DNA of 64,000 nt from Phoronis australis (lineage: Eukaryota; Animalia; Phoronida). The position numbers and the translations under genes are program-made. The notes below the pieces were generated by a model. That model was not told where the DNA came from, made no database searches, and saw only the letters and a list, made by a program, of their open reading frames with translations. Location: the NCBI GenBank assembly GCA_002633005.1, contig NMRA01000559.1:212867-276866 (forward strand), written 5' to 3'. This document shows positions 38,001-50,000 of the stretch, in pieces; position 1 is the first letter of the stretch, and the number at the start of each line of letters is the position of its first letter.

Positions 38001-41000
38001 ACTTTCAATCGCAGCATATCCTGCTCTACGTACCGAATTGACGTGTTTTTCAGACATAGATACAAATAAGTATCGTACAAACAATATTTAGTAAAGTTTC
38101 CATCATTTTCAGCTTTTGAAAAATGGAAAATTATCATTTTGACAATTATTGTTGTGCAAACTTTGTGGAGAACTGAATTACTATGCGTGAGTCAATTCTG
38201 GTGTCCTCCCTGGACAACCATGGGTGTCATTGTGGGCCCCGGGCGAAATGCTCGACTACCGGTATATTTGTGACGGAGCTTGTGGCTGGAAAAGTATAAC
38301 ATCCACTAGCTACTTAGAGAGTGGACTTGAAAGGACTTATTAGGGAGCTTCTATGAAAACATCAGCTAGTAATAGAGTTTTGTTCCGCGAATTCCCCTGA
38401 TCTTTTTGTAGGGATCAATTCAAGGCCCTTGATGGCTTGATTTTGGGGCCACTATCCAGCCCCATTCCCCTCTGAAAAATATTTTAAAATCGCGCAAAAT
38501 TCCGGTCATCAGGTCCAAAAATTCACCTCAAGTGATTAAAAATTCTCCTCGAGTTTAGAGTTACTTTTAACTCGCGCAGACCCTCAGCGTCAGAGTATTT
38601 TAGTAGCTCAGCGAGTAAGGTAGACTCAATGGTAACGAGGGGAAGGGTACAATTTCCCTTCTCCCTCACAACAATTCCCCACAAAGAATAGCGAGGGCCC
38701 TGTAATTGTACCTGACCCTTTCTTAGACAACTGCCTTTTTAACCTATTAAATACAAAACACCACAAAAAGAGGTACCATGTCGTAAGAAATGGATTCAAG
38801 AAATGAATTATGAACTTGTAAGATATTTATTTATTAAAAACCTTTCTGTAGTTTTTTTTGTAATTTTGAAATCCCAATAGGAACCCTTTTAGGGAGTTAA
38901 TTTTGTCAGAAAGGGCGTCCCTTTCGTAAGGGAAGTGGCCTTGAATATGTCCCTGTCTGAGCGGCATGTCGCATAAAACTCTTTCATGGGAGTGCAACCA
39001 GTCAGTGGTAGATATCTGTGCCTGGTTTCATAAAACAGTCCCAAATAGGCACTCGACTAAGTTCCCTAAATCTGCTGCATATTTTTGGCCTGTGAAAACG
39101 ACTGATTGTCCTTTCTTATGCTGTTCGAGTCTCACTAATAAATCAATTTTTGGCATTGGTACAGAGCGAAAGTGAACTCTGAATTCTCAATATTATTGAA
39201 AATAAGTAGGGATCTTTTTATGCAACGCCCCTAATTTAAGAACAAAGTCCCTAATTATTATGACTCAATTAAGGGCTCAGTTTTTAGTCATATTAGAAAA
39301 TGCCATTAGTCGAATAAGAGCTCGTAATAAAGGTGAATTGATAGAAAAATATTACAGCTGTAAGCAAGGACGTTATATGCACAAGATTTGGGGAACTTCA
39401 TTGAGTCTCTATTGGGGACTGTTTCATGCAAACGGGCAATCAACTTCAGACAGCAAGCGCATGACTGAGATCCAGTTTCAGATGGATCCATCTCCTGTTG
39501 TACCCCCTAGTGGCGATTTCAGTTTTGAGGCTTTTCATGAAATTTGAGAGATATGTCTATCAAAGAAAAGAAAGGTGGATTTATAGATGCTTTGTGACCT
39601 ACAGTGGCAATTTTGGTCTTTTTTGCGTATCTTCATTGAAATTTGGCTGATGTATTCTTGTTGAGGACAGCATGGTTGACGTTGAGTTTCTTTTAAATCC
39701 AACTGCAGCTATGCCCCCTACTGGTGATTTTATTTTTGCTAAATTCTCAATATTTTTCGTACTGAGATTCTTCTTGAAATTTGTCTTTGGTACAAATAAT
39801 CCTGTTTGGGCAGTGAAAATTCATTATTTTGTTCAAGGTTTTAGTTTGTACCAATAGGCAGTATGGCCATCCCAAGTTCAAGAATTGGGAGAAAGACCAA
39901 TTTTTACTTTGGCAGCTAATTTTTACGATTTAATCTCTGATTTTGTTGATACAAAATGCAGTCTCCAATATTTAAGAAACATGGTGAATGCCATAATTAC
40001 TCATGTCCCAATTTTCAGAATCAAAGAAGTTCTATATTGCCTTGAATTTCAGTGTTTCAGAGACTGTCCCAAACTAAAAAAGATATCCTATATGTTCTTG
40101 TGTTGGGCTGGACCTCACTTGCCAAATTTCAGGCAGTCCCAAATGCTGCGCCCCCTTCTGGAACTTCTACTCCGACCTCTCTGTTTGAAATTTCATAAAA
40201 AATCTTTATGAAACTTAGCTTAAGTTCGTAGTTTGTTCTAGGGAAGGACGGTTCTTACCAATGCTTTGACGAGTTGGTGTATTCTTACACTCGTAGTGGC
40301 AGTTATTTTTCAATTTTTGACGTCTTATCTCTTCCTTCCAAACCAACTTGTGAATAATAGCCGACATGTCTCAATTAAAGGGAAACAACACCAACTGCTG
40401 ATTTTCGATTGAATCACAAAATCGAATGCTACACCTTGTAGTGGCAATATAAAGTTTACTAAACGTTGCTCCCTCTTGTGGAAATATGTGAAATAAGGCG
40501 CATCCCATAAATCTGTGCTGTTGGGGATGCATTCGGTGGGCGTTGCTCTTGTCGTTTGTGCAACAGTTTGTACCTATGATATATCATTAATTGATAATTA
40601 AGGGTCGGATGTTTGCCACTCTAATTTATCCCCAAGAAATTCTGAAAAAGTCATTGACGTATGTCTCGGTGGTAGTAGCTTTCAAGCAAGTTGTTTTTGT
40701 CTGTTTTTTCAGTTTTTTAGTAAATAACTTGGACGATGCTAAATCCAATTTTACTTTTTAAATCTCCTGTTGTTGAATATGGTATTGTCTGAATAGATTT
40801 TAAGAGTGGCAAACAACACCGAATCGATCCTAAGGTGACATTTCTCGGCAGAAAAACAGCACAGAATTTCAACCNTTTATGAAACTTAGCTTAAGTTCGT
40901 AGTTTGTTCTAGGGAAGGACGGTTCTTACCAATGCTTGGACGAGTTGGTGTATTCTTACACTTGTAGTGGCAGTTATTTTTCAATTTTTGGCGTCTTATC

Positions 41001-44000
41001 TCTTCCTTCCAAACCAACTTGTGAATAATAGCCGACATGTCTCAGTTAAAGGGAAAAAACACCAACTGCTGATTTTCGAATGAATCACAAAATCGAATGC
41101 TACACCTTGTTACTCCCTCTTGTGGAAATATGTGAAATAATGCGCATCCCATCAATCTGTGCTGTTGGGGATGCAGTTGGTCGGCGTTGCTCTTGTCGTT
41201 TGTGCAATAGTTTGTACCTATGATATATCATTAATTAATAATTAAGGGTCGGATGTTTGCCACTCTAATTTATCCCCAAGAAATTCTGAAGAAGTCATTG
41301 ACGTATGTCTCGGTGGTAGTAGTTTTTAAGCAAGTTGTTTTTGTCTGTTTTTTCAGTTTTTTAGTAAATAACTTGGACGATGCTAAATCCAATTTTACTT
41401 TTTAAATCTCCTGTTGTTGAATATGGTATTGTCTGAATAGATTTTAAGAGTGGCAAACAACACCGAATCGATCCTAAGGTGACATTTCTCGGCAGAAAAA
41501 CAGCACAGAATTTCAACCCAGCCATGGCCAAGGCAGCTAAGCACACCATCGTCGAGGTTGAGGAGATTGTGCCTACGGGGACCATACCTGCAGAAGACGT
41601 CCATCTACCCAGTGTTTATGTGCATAAAGTGATCAAAGGGCTGCGATATGAAAAAAGAATTGAGGTGAGGCTGGACTGCAGGTACCAGTTTGATATTTTT
41701 TAATAAAAATGAATACTTATAAATTGCAATTTTCCCATTTTTGATAAGCTTTGCTACAAGTAATCAGAATTCCCCAAATTGCTGTTCTGTTGCATCAACT
41801 GTAAAAGCTATGCCAAGAATGAAGCAGAATTTTCTCAATATTTTTGTTTCTTTGACAAACAGTTATTCCATAAGCTAACTAGTTTCCATTACAATGTCGT
41901 GTATTTTGCAGAAGACTTTAAAGTCTGCAATTGCATATGATTGAATATTTTGCCTTGCTCAAATTTGATTGTTGCATTACGTTTGATATTATAGCAATAC
42001 AATGAAGCCATAGGATGATGTTACCATTAAATCTTAAATTCTCAAAATAATTGCCAAAATTGGCCATCTTTCATTTTCAAAGGCCTCTCACATTCCAATG
42101 CCTGCATTGTCTCGAAACGTGCAGAGCTTAAAAATGAAAAAACTTGTTTGTCGGCCATATTGTGTTCTGAAACTACGAGATTTTACATTATTTGTTTCAT
42201 AACTTTAATGTGTCCCAACCGTGGGCGTTCCTGTTTAACTAACCATGAACTTATACTCCCTGACTAACATTGTTTGTGTCGTGGTGATTGATCATTTACA
42301 AGGCTGTCTGTCAACAAGTGCTGGTAATGATGCCATAGCTTGAAGATACTTGCATAAGATTAATTAACGACGAAATATGCAAGGAAAAGTCTATTCTTGG
42401 TTTAGGTTTACGTAATATGTGATGTCGTTAGTTTCAATGGCTATGTTTTGAGTAACCAAATTAGCTGTTGGAGAGAAAAACTATCTACAGTAAAAGCCGT
42501 AGGCTGGAAATAATTTCTAGTACAAATGGAACATGATTGGGAAGACCATATTAGATACAATCTACCTTCTGCAAACAGCCCTTTCCTATGTTACAGAAAA
42601 ACAATTTGTTTGCATTCAGTACATGAACATTGCAAGTCAACAATTGTAGTAGTCATTTTAACCAATTGATTGATCAATAAATTAATCGTATTTAACTAAT
42701 TATTAATAAGTACTGCTTAATCAATTAATACTTGTTATTAAATGCTGACTGTATATGTTCAGTTTGTTGATTGTTTCTGTTTGAGTTTTAAAAGGATACT
42801 AAACCTTGTTTTTAGGATTTCAGCCAGTCCTCACTATCTGCTAATGCATCATTGGCGTCTAATCTTGAGAGATAAAGGCAGGAATCAACTAAAATCTCGT
42901 ATTCGCTATGTTACAGATTGGACATTATGATCCTTGGTGGGTGGTCTTTTCCCACAGATGACTTGTACTTTGCTAGAAGCGTAGGTCACGCTTGCCCGTT
43001 TAGCAGACTTTTAAAAGTTTTCAAATTTTCCTCCAAACTTTTGAGGGTTGTCGAGGGTTACAGAGCATTATTTTGTTTCAGAGAACTGAATAGGAAAATC
43101 GTTTTTACTATCTGTTAATTGGCCAAAACTGGGTTTGGTATCCTTATAACCAGTGAACGTGTAAGACATTAACAATTCTACTGTCATTTGAGACCAATTA
43201 GTCACTGTAATAACGTGCATGCAAATTATTATACCTGAACTCTGTGTTGCCAGCGGCTGACCTTAACACGGGATGGTGAACATGCGGAGAGTACAAGCCC
43301 AGCAGCGGTCAAACGATCAACAATTGTAAAGAGGGCAGCCATGGAGTTCAAGGATGGGATGTATGGTATCCTTTGAGGTTGTAGGGAGGCGGAGCTTTCA
43401 GTAAAGGGAGGGGCTGACATTTTGACTGACTGTCAGACGTAAAGGTGTCATAAACCCAAATTTTGACAAATAACGGAATTTAATGCTGACTCAACACTTA
43501 AGTGGTTTGATTTAGAATGGAACTTGCAGGCTAATTCCTCATCTCTGTGATTGCTTGGCCAAATAAGATAGATACGCAACATTTAGTGGAGCTGTGAATA
43601 TGAAGTAGTTTGAAAATTGCCAGATGTTTTTAAGAAGACAAATGAACAAGTTTCGTGGCGAAAATAATCTGCCGCAAATCACTGAACGGTGTCCAGTAAG
43701 TGTCGTGACGTAGTGCTGGGGAATAACACTGCATTGCGGGGGCCATGAAAGCGCGCGAGGTACGTCATTGGTGCAAAGGTCGCCTATTTGCAGAATTTAT
43801 GGTTTTCACATTAAATTTATAAGTTGTCCATGAATACAAGTGCATTTTATTTAGCGTGGATTATGTTAAAATAGTATTGTTGTTTAGTTCCTGCTTAACA
43901 TTAGCATAGGTAGGAGCGTGCTAATACAATTATTGTTTAAAACAATGCTTAAGGTTATGCAGGACTTTATCAATAAGTTTGTGTATTTAGCCAAAACTGT

Positions 44001-47000
44001 AGATTTATTAAAAGTATTGTCTGAAAGTAGAAAGCCTGTTAAGTTTTATTTTAAGTTTTTACTAAATGAATTTGCCACTGATTGGGTCATGTAATCATGT
44101 CTTTTAAGTAAAAATTAACAAAAACGAAATGGTGAATTGATGACAAAACAATGGCATCAATAACACTACCAAATTTCATTTCATATAAAGGTCGAAATCT
44201 GAAAAACTTTGTTACAGTTTTCGGTGGAGTTTAGGATCATGTGACAGTGATGTGGCAAGGTGGAGTTTAGGGTGGCGTCACAGTGTGAAGCTCAAGTTGA
44301 TGTCTAAGGGTATAGTATAGGATTACCTGAGTGGGTGGAGCTTATGGTGACATGACAGGGTGGGGTTTTGCATGACATAACAGGGTGGAGCTTAGGCTGG
44401 TAATACAGGGAGGAGCTTAGGCTCTTGTTCCAGAATGGAGTTTATATGACATGATAGGGTGGAGCTCAACTGACATGGCATGGCTAAGCCTTGATGAACA
44501 TCACAGAGGGCACTGAAGGTTTCATGACAGGTTGAGCTTAGGCACAAGTAATTTTTATTCATAACATGGAACTCGGTCAGAAAATTCAACTAATTTGTGG
44601 TAAATTGTATGAATAGATTGGGTTGGTATTTCTAATTTGAAACCAGTCACGGTGTTGTGCTGGTCCTGCTGTCTGTAGCCGTAGAGATGGGGTGGAAAAG
44701 CGGACTGTGATGACATCATGACATCATTGCACCTTAACTGCCACCAGCCAATCTGGGTATTGGTATGCCAATGTTAGCCAGTAACTACATCAAGCCAGGC
44801 GTCACTGTTCATCTGCAGAGCGAAAATGGGATTCTGGGATTGGTGAGTGAATTTTGGAGAGGCATAGCTGTAGTAAAGCTGCAGCAGTTGGTGAAGTAGT
44901 CAACCAGTTACTTTCAGTGGCCGCCATTTGGCTTGTAATTTTGGTTGTTTACGCACGATATGTCAACAAGATTTTGCGTGTTTTTGCAAACCTCGCAAGA
45001 CACTAACTTTGTTGAATGCATCCCGGGTTTATCTGTATGTTAGTGAACCTGTCAATTTTTTCGACTATGAAACTTTTCTATTTACTTCATTTGACTGTTC
45101 ATAAACCATACACACTGTTTGTTAAAAAAACCTTGCTATGGTGAAATTGTCTAGTTTGGGACAAGGTCAGAGCTTGTACCAAATCTTAGAAATAGTTAAT
45201 ATTGATTGTCTCAAACTCAACACAAAGGATCATTCACAAATAGTAATATGGTGATGCATGAAATCATGATGTCAGTGACTGTTTTCGATGAATTTATGAA
45301 CTACCTAGTGTATTTTCAGACTGTGTTGATATAAATGACGTTGTCCAATATTTGAGAAAATATACGATGAGCACCAAAATCGCTCGTGTCCCAATCTTCA
45401 GAATCAACTGAAAAAAGTCAGTTTTCACTTGAATTTTTGTGTCCCAGATTTCAGAGACTGTGCGATAAAGTGTAGCATTTTTATCGCACTTTTCAATGCA
45501 GTTTTGATAATTAGCAGATGTTACATATAAGTGACAGTAATTCTTCAATTATTGTGACAGCTCTGTCGCCGTTCCGTTTTTCAAAGGTTGTTGCCTTGGT
45601 ATAGATTAACACCATTTTGCAATTAGTGTTGTGTGACATTTGAACAGTACCACGTGAAGAATGAACCTGGATTATTGTATCTTGAACATTGTTAAGGTAA
45701 TATTACTACTACCTTAGAACATCCTTTCACAGAATGTCAAGTTTTGATTTAATTTATCCTACGATCACAAAAAGTTGAGTCATAAAGCAAGGCAACTTAA
45801 CACTGTTGCACTGTGGCTTGAAGGGTGCCCATAGGTATAATTTTTTACTTAATAAACCACTCATTATCATTGTTGATCTTTGAAATTTGCCATTTTTCTG
45901 CTTTCTAAAATAGCACTCGATAGAACTTTTCAAAACCAACAAAAGGAAGTTCCACTTGCATGTTGTGTGCTAAGCATTGAGGACTTACTGCAAGGGAACA
46001 TTTCAATGTCTGAAAGCTTGAATGTCTTACCCCCAGGGCCCGTTTCCTCGAGAAAATGAGGTGGATGCTGATTTGATCAACGCAGGGAAGCAGACTGTCA
46101 CGGCCATCCCTGGATCCTCGTATTTTTCCAGCGACGAGTCCTTCGCCATGATAAGAGGGTATTTACCATAACTGTTTGTCGAGTTTGTGTTTCGTTTTGT
46201 TCCTTGTCATCATTCTGGTGCAGAAACGTCTGTTATGGTCTGACATAAGGTTCCCAGATTTTGAGAACCAGTTTTCTCCACTGAACAATCAGACTGGTTC
46301 TCAAAACACAGGTACGTTATATCAGACTATTGCCAAAACATCTGGTCGTGTTTTGCTCTGGTGGAGACAATGTGAAGCTAAACACTAGGCTAGCATGGGT
46401 GCTTAAACATAATTTTTTTGAAATTGACTAGCCATATTTAGGCATTGGAATTTTGTAAAAAAAAACTTCCTCTTCTTAGTAAAACGGTTTGATTTAATTG
46501 GGTTTTCATTAAAGTGAACTTCAGCTACTAAAAGCATTCTCAATGGTTGTGTTTTTGTCTAGTTTGAAAAAGCTCCCCTTGAATAGTTGGGGATTTCGTC
46601 TACAGTGATGTTATCATTTTCAAATGTATTCTGAGATAGTTGTTCAATTGTAAACATCAGGTGACATGGCTGATAACTCGTGAATGCGTTTTAGGTGGTG
46701 AGATTTGATGGCGCGTGCCTTGAGAATCTTATGTGCGAAACACTCGCTAATCTACTGTATACATTTATTTGATGCATTTTAAGGCTCGTCTATTTTTATT
46801 TTGCTATGTCGGCTATTTTGTTGTACTTGCTAAAAGCACGTTGTAGTGAACATGTGCTTTCATACATGCACTCTTTCTGTCGTATTGTTTACTCATCACC
46901 AAGTTATTAAATATGATGTCACCGGATGTTTACCAGCTCACAACCATCTCAAATGCGTTAATTTGGAAAACGTCAGCAGCGCTGTAGACAAATTCCTGCC

Positions 47001-50000
47001 AACTGCAAGACACGTCTATAATGAGTATCTTGCCACATTTACTAGATCGGTTATTTGAGTGTCTGTTCTCATTAGTCCGGATTCTGTTTCATTAATTAGA
47101 TGACATAGTGTATGGCAGTGTGACAGCAAATGTCGGAAATGAAAACAAAGCCACAGCTGCCTGGTTGACGTTAATTAACCAAAGTAGGCTTTTGACTCTA
47201 CTGTTTTGCTAGTGTAGAATTCCATTGCGGTTGAGGAATTTGCACACCTTAAGTGTCCACAGGACTAGAATATGTGCGACCGTCTGTTAAAATGTGGAGA
47301 CTAGCAACACTGGTAAAAAATAAACAAAATTAAGAAACGTAATAAAGAGGAGGGTAAAAGTTTGTTTTCATGCTTTTGGGAACTGGAGGTTTTAAAAAAA
47401 TACTGTCTAATTTGTGCGAAACTGTTTGTACCGTTGCTGCTAAAACCTATTCAAGTTTGATCTCTGATAATGCTATAGTTTGATGCTTTGAAATGATTGC
47501 CTTAGATAATGCTGTTTTTTCATGAGATTTTCGTCACGTGCGGTCACTTTATATGAGATGATGGCGTGAGTTTAATTGTCTAATTGCAAGAACTCGTATT
47601 GGTTTACCATAGAGACAGCTGCATCACTTTTCTGCAAAATGTGTGTTCAAAATGCTTAGACAGAGTATTTCAGTCACTTTTTGTGTGTGATGTTGTTTAT
47701 TGCAACATCTTGTTTATTTGTAAGAACATTTCATTGCAGTGGCCATATTGACTTGAGCATTCTGGGAGCCATGCAGGTGTCGAAATATGGAGATCTGGCC
47801 AATTGGATGATACCGGTGTGTAACAAGGCACTGTTTATTCAAAATCTTACAACTGAAGAAAAAAGAACAGCTATTGTCTGTGGTGCATCCAGTTTATGCT
47901 CTGTGCAATGCCAAGTTCAAAGGTCAAATTCAAGCTGAAGTATCTGTTCTCAGAATTGTTACTATACTCCAGTTGGTCGCAAGATCAACTGTGTAAAAAT
48001 TCTAATGAAGTGCTAATATGCCCTATTAAATGGACATTATTAGCGTGCAAAAATAATTTCTGAGATGAGCCTCAACACTGATTCAAATCTGCACTGAACC
48101 CCCACAGCTACAGCCTAATGCTCTCCTGGCAAACTTCAATTCGACTCAATTATAGTGCATTTGAGGCACATTTGACTTGATTTCGGCAAACGTCTGACAG
48201 ACAACGGCTAGAATTGGCAATCTATAGTAAAATCACAAATGCACAAGGAATTTAGTTGTTTCATATCTCTGGTCAAAGGCAATAACTTCAAGATGTCTAT
48301 CTCATCTGCAAAGTTATCAAAAATGCCTTTTTCCATGGCCATTAATCCAATACTGTCCTAAGGAAAAAGATTCCTCCTGATATTAAACTGATCTGACGTT
48401 GGTCAGTGATGAAGTTATTATTGTCCTCATTAAGATTATTTTTGTCTAACCTATACTACTTACAGATATAAATAGCATGCATGTCGTCAAACAGGTCATC
48501 AAAAACAAAAAACAACAACAAAACACTACATGGTGCTTCAATCTCTTTGAAGCTATTAAGTGCAATAATGTGCCCGTGTTTTGAAGACTGAACTTCACCC
48601 ATGCGGTCTTCGTTAAGCTCATATACCGTAGTGGCGCGTAAATATGTCCGGAAAATCCTGTTTGCGGAGTTCCTTAATTTTTTAGGATTTTAAAAAAGGC
48701 ATGGTAATTCTCAACTTATTTTGCACGTGAATAATTACTAAAATTGGCATTTTTTCTTTTCAAAAGGTGGATTACCTTGTTGGAAGTATTGGGAACATTA
48801 CTGTAGGTTGTGTCATGACTTCTACAAAGTACAGTCCATGCTAGTGATCAACTAATTTTTTTGATTTTTCTTCAGCAGAGAAATTTGATAAAATTTCACT
48901 CGTCAGCCATATTGTGCGCTAAATAGGCGAAGAATTACTGTGCTAAAACGAGCAGAAACTGGTAAAACGCATATTGGAAAACCAAATGTATCATACTTGG
49001 AGACTTCTTTTGTGGCTGTTAGTGACTGAGTATAACAATATGAAACAATTCAACAAAAGACTGTGCCATGTGCTGGAAAGGGGGACACAGGGTAGTGTCT
49101 AGGGATCCAGCGTCAGACTGTACCATGTGCTAAAAAGAGGGGACACAGGTAGAGTCTGAGGATCCAAGACTACCATGTGCTACAAAGAGGAAACACAGGG
49201 TAGCGCCTAGGGATCCAAGATAAGACTGTACCATGTGCTAGAAATAGGGGACACAGGTAGTGGCTAGGGATCCAACATAAGAGTACCATGTGCTAGAAAG
49301 AGGGAACACAGGGTACGTAGTGGGTAGGAGGGGGTCTACAGGTCCTCGGGGTAATAGGTCGCAAAGTCGACATCACGGTTTAAATTGTAGATGATATTTA
49401 TTATGTACTTGACCTCCGGCATCCTACAAGAGTGGATTTCGGAGATAGCCCCAGCCACCAGCAGGATAATGAAACGTTGAAGTGTGTACCCACTGCCACC
49501 CCAGTCCTGGTGTTATTGCAAGTTTGACGGATACCTTGGCAAAGAAAAATTATTGCCTTCAAGACATAATATTCTAGTTTTCTCTTGAAGACTTTTGTTA
49601 CTGAAGAAGTTTGCTAGGATGATACGTTTGTCTTTTTTCATGTTTTACTGGTTTCTCATCATTGTAAAACCTCATTTATTTTACTATAATCAGTAACAGC
49701 GTTTTAGTGTAAATTCATTATCTTTATTAGGATTGTTATTTCTACAGGGTCACATGGTGAAGGGTATGGGCGGGGCCATGGACCTGGTGTCGGCCAACAC
49801 TGCTGGAACAAAGGTAGTGGTGACAATGGAACATGCAGCTAAGGTGAGAACGGTCGGAGAATGACGGTGTCAGGGGTCAGGGGTCAATCGGTGGTGGGTA
49901 CGGATTGGACCATAGCCCTGGTATCCGTCAGCTGTTCTGGAATGAAGGTGGTGCTGATAATGGAGTACACAGCTGACAGTTCGTTATTGCTTGAGGCCGC

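Larger units (their letters stand above)
43366..44747 (+). other. OXCT1: U12-type (minor spliceosome) GT-AG intron of OXCT1
   Basis: 5' splice site GTATCCTTT; branch box CCTTAAC at 44732-44738, ending 9 nt before the exon; no polypyrimidine tract. Confidence 0.9.

Noticed and set aside
40851-40874. Apparent second copy of an OXCT1 exon start
   Set aside because: Truncated at a single N inside a near-identical duplication; probably an assembly overlap.
49058-49328. CRISPR-like appearance of regularly spaced repeats (also 33989-34270)
   Set aside because: Whole units are homologous with no unique spacers, no cas genes, and the context is a eukaryotic intron; these are minisatellites.
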